A stretch of DNA of 19,626 nt from Candidatus Heimdallarchaeota archaeon. Its GTDB lineage: Archaea; Asgardarchaeota; Heimdallarchaeia; Heimdallarchaeales; Heimdallarchaeaceae. Shown here piece after piece: positions 7,432 through 15,520 of this stretch. Position 1 is the first letter of the stretch; every line of letters starts with the position of its first letter. The translations under genes and the position numbers were made by a program. The notes under the pieces were generated by a model. That model was not told the origin of the DNA, searched no databases, and saw only the letters and a list, made by a program, of their open reading frames with translations. The DNA lies in NCBI GenBank assembly GCA_030668875.1, contig DAOVER010000054.1:1-19626 (forward strand). Direction: 5' to 3'.

Positions 7432-9668
7432 AGGATCTAATTTCTCCTCACACTCGTGGTGAATCGATTTATATTGATGATATTCCTGAACCAATCAATC
7501 TACTATATGCTGTAGTCTTCACATCAGATATTCCGCACGGAAAAATCATCTCCCTTGATATAACAAAAGCGGAGAACAGTGAAGGTGTTTGTAAAGTTCT
7601 TATCGCTAAAGATATCCCGGGAGAAAATCAAATAGGACGTCTTATTCAGGATGAAGAACTCCTTGCAGAGAAAGAAGTTGATTTTATAGGTCAACCAATT
7701 GCAGTAGTTTTAGCTGAAACAAAAGAGCAAGCTAAACTAGCGATTAAGTTAATTAACATTGAATATGAGGGACTTCCTGCTGTTTTCGACTCTCGTGAAG
7801 CAGCAAGAAAAGGATTACTGATTTCTTCTTCACGCACCTTAACGATTGGAGATATTGAATCAACTTGGGAAAAATGTTCAACTGTTATCGAAGGAATAGC
7901 TGAGTCAGGGGGTCAAGAACATGTATATCTTGAAACACAAGCTTCGCTAGCTATACCAGATGAAAATGGCAGAATAATCATTTATTCTAGTACTCAAGCA
8001 CCTACAACAGTTCAAAGTACAACTTCAAAAATTCTAGGATGTGATATGAACTTAATTGAGGTTGATGTGAAACGACTAGGTGGAGCTTTTGGTGGAAAGG
8101 AAGACCAGGCTACACCATGGGCAGCTATTTGTGCACTTGGAGTTTATCATACAGACCGACCAGTGAAGCTAGTTCTTACTAGACGTGAAGATATCATTAT
8201 GACGGGTAAACGTCATCCCTACTCAACTGATTATAAGATAGGTCTAGATGAAGAAGGTAAAATACTTGCTTTTTCTGCTGAGTTTTATCAAAATTCAGGA
8301 GCTGCAGCTGACCTTTCTACAGCTGTTCTTGGACGAACACTTTTTCATGCAACTAATGCTTACTATATCCCTAATGTCCGTGTAACAGGCTATCCATGTA
8401 AAACTAATATCGTTCCTTTCACTGCTTTCAGGGGTTTTGGTGGTCCTCAAGGAATGTTTGTTATAGAATGTGCTATTGCACATGCTGCTGAAGTAACAGG
8501 TATTCCAGTTGCAGTTTTACAAGAGAAAAACTTACTCCAAGATGGAGATCAATTTCATTATGGGCAGCAAGTTGAGAATTGTAACGCAAAGCGAAGTTTT
8601 TCTCAAGTTGTTAAAGATACTAATTTTGAAAAAAGAAAAAAGGAGATAGATGATTTTAACACAAATAATCGATTTACTAGAAAAGGTATCTCCATAATGC
8701 CCATTTGTTTTGGGATTTCATTCACTTCTTCTTTTCTTAATCAAGCTGGAGCTCTTGTTAATGTTTACAAGGATGGAAGTGTAAGCATTAGTACAGGCGC
8801 AATTGAAATGGGTCAAGGGGTTAACGTTAAAATCAGACAAATCGCAGCAAAAACCCTTTCAATTAATCCCGAAAGGATTCGGATAGAAAGTACAAGTACT
8901 AGTCGGGTAATTAATACTTCACCAACTGCTGCAAGCACTGGGACTGACCTTAATGGAAAAGCAGCAGAGATAGCTTGTAATAAGATAATAGATCGATTGA
9001 AAAATGCTGCAGCAGAGAAGTTAGGTACAAATGCCATTTCAATAGAAAATGAGTATGTCTATCAAGACGGAAAAAGAACAGAGATCTCTTGGAGAAAACT
9101 TGTCAATTTAGCTTATTTACAAAGAGTTAATCTTTCTGCTCAAGCATTTTATGCGACACCTAGAATTCATTTTGATACTAAAAAAGAGAGAGGAAGACCT
9201 TTTGCTTACCATGCTTATGGAACAGCAGTTACAGAAGTAACTGTTGATTGCTTAAGAGGGACATATACAATTGATAAAGTTCAAATGGTTCACGATGCAG
9301 GAAAAAGTCTTAACTATCTTATAGATTTAGGACAGGCTGAAGGAGGATTAATTCAAGGAATCGGCTGGATGACTATGGAAGAGTTAGTCTTCGAAAAAGG
9401 AAAAAACTTTACAGATTCCTTATCAACATATAAAATACCTAACCTTTATTTCACTCCTAAGATTGAAGTTACTTTTCTAGAAGATGCCGAAAATCCAGAA
9501 GCTGTTTTGAAATCAAAAGCTATTGGAGAACCCCCCTTCATGTATGGAATAGGTACTTACTTCGCACTAAAGAATGCTGCTAGAGCATTTCGTAAAGATA
9601 AGGAATGGGAATATTCATCTCCTCTGACACCAGAAAAACTCTTACTCTATCTTCATGATTTGGAGTAA
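7428..9668 (+). CDS. xdhB: Xanthine dehydrogenase molybdopterin-binding large subunit
   Basis: GGQEHVYLE, SSTQAP, RLGGAFGGKE, AFRGFGGPQG, EMGQG, PTAASTG, GQAEGG and KAIGEPP (catalytic Glu). SD GGAGG at 7416-7420. Confidence 0.95.
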   Translation: MKDLISPHTRGESIYIDDIPEPINLLYAVVFTSDIPHGKIISLDITKAENSEGVCKVLIAKDIPGENQIGRLIQDEELLAEKEVDFIGQPIAVVLAETKEQAKLAIKLINIEYEGLPAVFDSREAARKGLLISSSRTLTIGDIESTWEKCSTVIEGIAESGGQEHVYLETQASLAIPDENGRIIIYSSTQAPTTVQSTTSKILGCDMNLIEVDVKRLGGAFGGKEDQATPWAAICALGVYHTDRPVKLVLTRREDIIMTGKRHPYSTDYKIGLDEEGKILAFSAEFYQNSGAAADLSTAVLGRTLFHATNAYYIPNVRVTGYPCKTNIVPFTAFRGFGGPQGMFVIECAIAHAAEVTGIPVAVLQEKNLLQDGDQFHYGQQVENCNAKRSFSQVVKDTNFEKRKKEIDDFNTNNRFTRKGISIMPICFGISFTSSFLNQAGALVNVYKDGSVSISTGAIEMGQGVNVKIRQIAAKTLSINPERIRIESTSTSRVINTSPTAASTGTDLNGKAAEIACNKIIDRLKNAAAEKLGTNAISIENEYVYQDGKRTEISWRKLVNLAYLQRVNLSAQAFYATPRIHFDTKKERGRPFAYHAYGTAVTEVTVDCLRGTYTIDKVQMVHDAGKSLNYLIDLGQAEGGLIQGIGWMTMEELVFEKGKNFTDSLSTYKIPNLYFTPKIEVTFLEDAENPEAVLKSKAIGEPPFMYGIGTYFALKNAARAFRKDKEWEYSSPLTPEKLLLYLHDLE

Positions 9669-9708
9669 TGGTTTGATTTTGTCTTATTGGCTTATAACAA
9701 AATCTTTC

Positions 9709-10971
9709 TTAGAGTTTCATTGCCGGATAGCTCACTCTGAGGGGGTAAACCACATACCCTCCTACCCCGCCCACACTACGTTGAGGTAGTGCTTGCGGAT
9801 CGCCTTTAAGTAAAATGTTGTAGGCAGCATTAACATCAGCATTGATTAATAATCCTGTTGCAGAACGAAACAATCCTCGGTGAACCCTTTTCCCCTTATA
9901 GTTAGTCTGTTTCTTTGGGAATTCATTGTCTATGAAACTACATTTAGAGGTATAAGACTCATCAATAGGTTCAACATTTATCCCTTTCTCTTCTGCCTTG
10001 TAAGTGAGGAGTTTGATGAGTTTGTCAAAGGGGACGATAACAAAGAGTTGGGTAGTCTTCTTTCTCAACTTCAATTGCTGTTTCCAGAGAGGGTTGTATC
10101 CAATATACACGGTGTGTAAGCCTCTTGTTTCCCAGAGGTCAACGAGGAATTTGCTAACTTTGTGTAACCAATCCCTCACCTTCCATCTCCAATGTTGACG
10201 GAGATGAAGGAAGCTTGAACCGTACTGTAATCGAGTGTTCTTTTGACGTAACTGTTTATGTTGCTGTGCTGTATATTGCTGTTGTAACTTTTTTACTTCT
10301 TTCAGATAATATTGTGTGAGTGACTTTATCCCTTTCCCCTCGTCCTTGATGACAATCGGACGCGATCCGATGTTATCCACGAAAGTCACGAGGTTGATTA
10401 GCCCTAAATCGATAGAACCTTTCTTTTTCTTCTTCTTTCTAATTGCTTTAGGAAGGTGTTTGTGATAAACAAGCTCTACTGTGTAACCTATCCCTCTGGG
10501 GATGATGCGCACTTCTCGCAAGTCATCCTGAGCCGTTAATCGGGTCTTGATAGTAAAGTTAACTTTCTTTGGTAACAATACCCACCCATTAGCAATTTTT
10601 GCTTGTTGGTTGCTGAAGATAGCTATTGTCTCCCCCGTAGGTTTCTTGAAATAGGGAGCACAAGGACAGCTGAGGAATTTGCTAGGCTGTCTCTTCCATT
10701 CTTTCAGAGCGTAGAAGTAAGCTTTCCAGTTCCTTGACAGCAATTTGAGTGCGTGTTGAGCGGTATGGGCAGGTAAAAGTTTGTAACACTACTCTCCCTT
10801 TAAGAGCCTATCTAAGTCGTTGTAGAACAACAATTTATTGTTTTTCTTCAACTCTTCTTTTATCAGAAAGTTTCCTCGATTATAGAGATTCTTCGTTTGA
10901 TGACAAAGTTTGCTTAACTCTTTGTTTCTTCTTACTTCCATTATCTCTGTCAGCAAGACTTTTGTCATCAT
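9709..10971 (-). pseudogene. tnpB: TnpB RNA-guided nuclease interrupted by one in-frame TAG (10789-10791)
   Basis: ORFs 10789..10971 and 9709..10743 share a frame. Reading through gives ...KLCHQTKNLYNRGNF...LLKGE*CYKLLPAHTAQHALKLLSRNWKAYF..., then RuvC-I SIDLGLINL, LTYKAEEKGINV, DESYTSKCS and RuvC-III INADVNAAYNI. Total 420 codons plus stop. Confidence 0.9.
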
Positions 10972-10990
10972 ACTTCTCTTTAGCTTTCCC

Positions 10991-10998
10991 TATATAAA
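10991..10998 (-). promoter_or_regulatory. Candidate archaeal TATA box for tnpB (TTTATATA); the + strand TATATAAA could alternatively serve xdhC
   Basis: Centre lies about 23-26 nt upstream of the ATGs at 10971/10968, the spacing expected for a leaderless archaeal transcript. Confidence 0.35.
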
Positions 10999-11060
10999 CT
11001 CAGAAAAAACTAATAAGACAGCAAGACAAATTACTTTCATAAATCAAAACTAAAGTAAAG

Positions 11061-12032
11061 ATGTTTGTTATGAATGAAAAACAATTTTGGGAAATGGTTC
11101 TAGATACTCTGGAAAAAGGAAATAGTGCAGTACTTGTTGTTATAATCGATAAGAAAGGGTCTGGACCAAACTTACCTGGAGCAAAGATGTTTGTAACATT
11201 AAATGAAGTGAGTGGAACTGTAGGAGGAGGAATCTCTGAACTTAATTTACTAAATCATGCTAGGAGATTGTTGAAAGAAGGAAAGATTGCCACTGAAACT
11301 ATCCTCCTAGAACACAGTGAAACTGCAGAAGAAAATCGTTCAGGTATGATCTGTTCTGGTTCGCAGACTTTCGCATTAGTTCCTCTATCAACTTTGGATA
11401 AGAGCACTATCAAAGCAATAATAGAAGCTTATGATGAAGTAAAAACAGGCCTAATTGCCATAAGCGAAAAAGGAATCAGTTTTGATAGAAACAAATCTTT
11501 AACGGAAGATAGAGTTTTTTCCACGGAAAACGAAATATGGTCGTATCAAGAAAATATTGCACAGCAAAATAAGCTCTTTATTATAGGAGGGGGGCATGTA
11601 TCACTAGCTTTATCTCGGGTCATGAAAACATTGGGTTTTCATATTACAGTCTATGAAGATAGAGAGAATCTACCAACCATGAACAGCAACACATTTGCTC
11701 ACAAAAAGGAAATTCTAAGTTATGACGATATTGCTGGAAATATCCCAGAAGGAGACAATATCTATATTACAGTAATGACTTTTAGACATTTTTCAGATGA
11801 AAATGTACTTGAGAGGATTATTTCTAAGAAGTGCAGATATATTGGAATGTTAGCAAGTGTAAAAAAAGCAGAAACAATTTTTTCCAATCTTGATAAAAAG
11901 GGAGTTTCAAAGAAACTACTTGATATGGTTCACTCTCCCATTGGTATAAAAATCCAAAGCAATACTCCTGAAGAAATTGCAATAAGCATCGCAGCTGAAA
12001 TTATCCTCACTAAAAATTCTAATCTCAGATGA
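11061..12032 (+). CDS. xdhC: XdhC/CoxI family molybdenum-cofactor sulfuration/insertion accessory protein
   Basis: KGSGPNLPGAKM..GTVGGG, GMICSG, KLFIIGGGHVS, VYEDR, VMTFRHFSD, YIGMLAS, VHSPIGIKIQSNTPEEIAISIAAEII. Alternative start at ATG 11070. Confidence 0.92.
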   Translation: MFVMNEKQFWEMVLDTLEKGNSAVLVVIIDKKGSGPNLPGAKMFVTLNEVSGTVGGGISELNLLNHARRLLKEGKIATETILLEHSETAEENRSGMICSGSQTFALVPLSTLDKSTIKAIIEAYDEVKTGLIAISEKGISFDRNKSLTEDRVFSTENEIWSYQENIAQQNKLFIIGGGHVSLALSRVMKTLGFHITVYEDRENLPTMNSNTFAHKKEILSYDDIAGNIPEGDNIYITVMTFRHFSDENVLERIISKKCRYIGMLASVKKAETIFSNLDKKGVSKKLLDMVHSPIGIKIQSNTPEEIAISIAAEIILTKNSNLR

Positions 12033-12086
12033 GGATTCCTCTGTAACTATTAGAAGAAAATTGTCTAAAGAAATTATTCCATTAAA

Positions 12087-15000
12087 TTAAATGAAACGTT
12101 TTCTTAGAAGGTATTTTTTGTTAACAAGGGTAAAAACTGTGTTTAAAATATCATGTAGTTCCATATTTTGGAATTCTGTAATAATTTTACTAACTGAAAC
12201 AGATTCAGACTTCATTATATAGTTAGCAATTTTCACATCAATATTTTTTAGTTTCTTAATGTCCTTCTTCTTCTTATCATTCACTTGTAGTGGGAAGAAT
12301 AGCCAAATATACAGAGTTTCAGCAATTTTGTCTTGAATTAGATTCTTCTTTTCAACATAAGGATCCATTTTACCATCCCATACACCCTCTATTGAGAAGG
12401 AATATTCAAACCACATTATTAAATCAAACAATCTAGAAGTAAGTTCACCGTTTAACTCCTCAGATGAAAACATGAAAACTGAATAGAGGTCAGAGCTTGC
12501 TGTATTAACCACAAAGTTTCGGTATTCTAACTTCTTAATTCCACCGGTACCTATTCCACCAATTTGTTTACCCATTGAAGCAACAACTGAGAGAAATCCT
12601 GTTATCAGAGAAGTATCTACATTATTCTTGTATTCAATATCATATTCAAATACTGGGAGACTTGTCTCATTGTGAATGAATAGAATCTTTCTAAGAGACA
12701 AGATATTTTCAAACAAAGATACAAGATTAGACCCTTCAGAAACGTCAACAACAACACCACCTTTCCCTTTTCTAGATCCAACAACAACAATAATAGATAT
12801 TATTCCGATTAAAGCGATTGAACCACCAATAATTATCCCAATCAGATATGGAGGAAGTTCAGGGGGGGGGTAGTAGGGGGGGGAGTAGTAGGGGGGGCTG
12901 TTACTTGATTGATTATAACATCAAATGTTGTTTCAAGTTTCTCATTGCTATAACTGGATTTGAAATGTAATTTTGATATTTCCAATATTAAATCAAATTC
13001 ATTGAATCGAATTGCTTGAGAGGAGATAATGACATAGTTAATCCCATCTTCATAATTTACATAATAATCTTCTTGAGCTACTATTGCTCCTTGGATTATT
13101 ATTGATAACTCGCTTTTCGTTACCTCCATTGGGTTTCTGTTTGTGTCAGTTTCATTAATTAGTCTAAAGGATAGAACTAAATCTTCAGTAGTGTTGGTTT
13201 CTATAGAAGTTTCTATAGGTTCTACAGAGAATACATTGAATATTTCAAGATTAAGAACCACATGGTGATTTTCTAGTAATATATTTGTTGTAGTAAGTTC
13301 AATTGTGTAAGAACGCGCAGTAATATTATCATCAAAAGTAATGCTGTGATAATTATCACTTGAGGTTAAATTCCCAGCATCTCCCCAACTTGTTTGGTAC
13401 TCAATTGTGGTGTTTTCTATTATTTCACCATAACTAGTAAAGAATGGTTCACTTAGCTTGTAATAACTACTATTAATAAAGAGTTCATCTCCATTCTGTC
13501 GAACGATAGTTTGGGTCACGTTATTTATCCAATTAGTGTTATCAGGAATTTCCTCCCATTCAACATTGAAGTGAGTAGAAGCTTGGACGTAAACTGTTTG
13601 AGAAAAGATACCTATTTCAGTACCATTATTCCAATAAACAAGTGCTGTCCATATTCCTTCAAGGTCGCTTCCATAAACAGAAGGATCAAGAGTTATTTCG
13701 GATGAATATACTCCTGGACTATCTTGTGTAGAATCTAGAAGAGTATATGAGGACAAATCAGTATAAGTTAAATTGGTTGGAAGACTTGTTTTTAGAGGGA
13801 TTATCTCTCCATCTGGGTTGAATAAAGTAAAGTTTAGTGTCCCTGAAATAGAATTTTCTATAAGCGTTATTGTTGAGTAAATTGTAGAGCCCTCATAACC
13901 TGTAGCATTTATTCCATCTGTAGTCCAATGACCTAAGGAATACAGATTTGTTTGCTCTTCTCCATCTGATAATTCCAGTGATTGAATGAAATTAGAACTT
14001 GAAGTTTCTAGCCTAAAATTCCCAGCTGATATATTAGAACCTAAATAACAGAGATATGTGTCACTATACTGTATGGTTGAAAAGGTATCCGTATCATTAT
14101 AATAACAAATTGGACTATCGTACCAGTCACTTATCGTTGCTACCTGAATTATTCTATCAAAAATCGAGTATGGTAAAGGATTTACTATTGACACGTCCCA
14201 AGTTACGTTCCAATGTATTGAGTAAGCTCCTGCTGTTGAGTTAAATGCTGTATAGAAAGAATCAGCTGTAATCGAATTGGTGAAACTATATGAGTTGTTA
14301 AACATTATTTCTAAAGAAGTGTCACTCGTCAAATTATGTAGACCTATCGAAGTAATCTGTGAATCTATATCTTGGATATCATCACCGTTATCCTTCATTG
14401 TAATTGTATTTAAATCTTGAAATTCCATTGCAGAACCAGTTTGATTTGAAGGTAATAATTCAACATTTAAAGTAAAATCAACAGATGGAAGATAATTCCA
14501 AGTTAATAGATTGTCCATGTAATATGAATCACCGAGATATGGGGACACTGAATTACTATGCCAGAAATAGAATTTAGGACCTATTGAAGTGATATCTGTA
14601 AAGGTTGCAATAACATAATACTTCCCTTGATCAAGAATTTTATCTGTAAAATCATAATACAAGAATCCTGGAATAATGGGATTAGAAGTGTTATAAGGTC
14701 CATCAACACTTGATGAGTAAATTTGACTCATATTAGGTTGACCAGAAATTTCATCCGCTTTGACAATAATTAAGTCAAAATCATTTATTCCAGTCTGGCT
14801 TCCACCTGTACTCAGATGAAGTTCTGCTCCATAAAACATTGCATACTCCCAAGGAACGTTGAAACTTTGCGCTATAGCATATTTAGTACTGTCTAGATGA
14901 TCGTCACCATCTTCTTCAAGTTCAATTGGATAATAATCTTGTTTTGCAAGAACTTGGGTCATATTGTAGTTTAACAAAGAAGAGTCGTAAGCTGAAGTGA

Positions 15001-15343
15001 TATCAGTATTAGTGAAATTATCTTCAAAATATCCTGTTAACGAATTATATGTTAAATTCAGAGAAAAATCATCATAAACAGTTAGTATATCTTCAACATC
15101 AAAAGTATTTCCTGAACCACTTAGATTTGTTACAGGTGTATAAAGATATGAACTTAAATCTTCGAGTAAATTTGAGACTTGATCTACAGGATTAGTTTTT
15201 TCTAGATTATCTCTAACAAAGTAATCATTAGAATTTGTAGCAGTTATGCCTTTTAGGCTTGTGAGTGTAATGGAAAATATAATTAAATAAGCCAATATGA
15301 TTATAGATGGAACTTTTGACCCTTTCGATAAACCCTTAAACAT
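12087..15343 (-). pseudogene. Receptor-like membrane protein (ectodomain - PTT linker - TM - longin-like - winged helix), about 1085 aa, split by a frameshift in a poly-C tract near 12862-12897
   Basis: ORF 12842..15343 ends TAPPTTPPPTTPPLNFLHI*. Adding one C continues PELPPYLIGIIIGGSIALIGIISIIVVVGSRKGKGG (TM)...SLFENILSLRKILF, open and in frame with ORF 12087..12716. Collinear with the intact paralog 15521..19066. Could be a true frameshift, a phase variant or a sequencing error. Confidence 0.85.
12862..12897. repeat. Three homopolymer tracts (G9, G8, G7 on +; poly-C on the coding strand) separated by TAGTA/AGTAGTA
   Basis: G 12862-12870, G 12876-12883, G 12891-12897; encode a Pro/Thr juxtamembrane linker. 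Confidence 0.95.
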
Positions 15344-15350
15344 GTTGCTA

Positions 15351-15390
15351 CTCCTATGGTTATTCTATGAAACGCTTATTTAAAGTTCTT
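15351..15390 (-). promoter_or_regulatory. Candidate BRE-TATA promoter and SD for the 15343 gene
   Basis: Minus strand AAGAAC-TTTAAATA (TATA at 15384-15377), then AGGAG (15355-15351) 7 nt before the ATG at 15343. Confidence 0.45.
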
Positions 15391-15520
15391 ACAAAGGCAA
15401 CAATCTAGAATTTCAAATTTATGCATATATAACATACGCTTAACTGACTTAACTCTGCTCCTTTAATTCTTTAAATAGACATCAAAAAAGAGTGAAGTTG
15501 AGTTATTTTTCTCAATCTTT

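Larger units (their letters stand above)
9669..11060 (-). mobile_element. TnpB-only IS200/IS605-family element (IS1341-like), inserted antisense between xdhB and xdhC; exact ends not resolved
   Basis: tnpB fills almost all of the xdhB-xdhC gap and no tnpA is present. Every other junction in this operon is a 0-4 nt overlap or abutment. Coordinates are the maximum possible span. Confidence 0.75.

Noticed and set aside
10789-10971. Separate 60-aa gene or tnpA upstream of tnpB
   Set aside because: It is the in-frame TnpB N-terminus (HTH/WED region); it has no HUH or serine-recombinase motif.
9680-11020. 9-bp inverted repeat TGTCTTATT (9680-9688) / AATAAGACA (11012-11020) as terminal inverted repeats
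   Set aside because: Short and AT-rich, no target duplication seen, and IS200/IS605 elements do not use TIRs. At most a weak hint at the element ends.
12087-12716. Independent 209-aa cytoplasmic gene starting at TTG 12716
   Set aside because: The frame stays open upstream through a TM helix to the poly-C tract and is collinear with the intact paralog. Internal initiation cannot be fully excluded.
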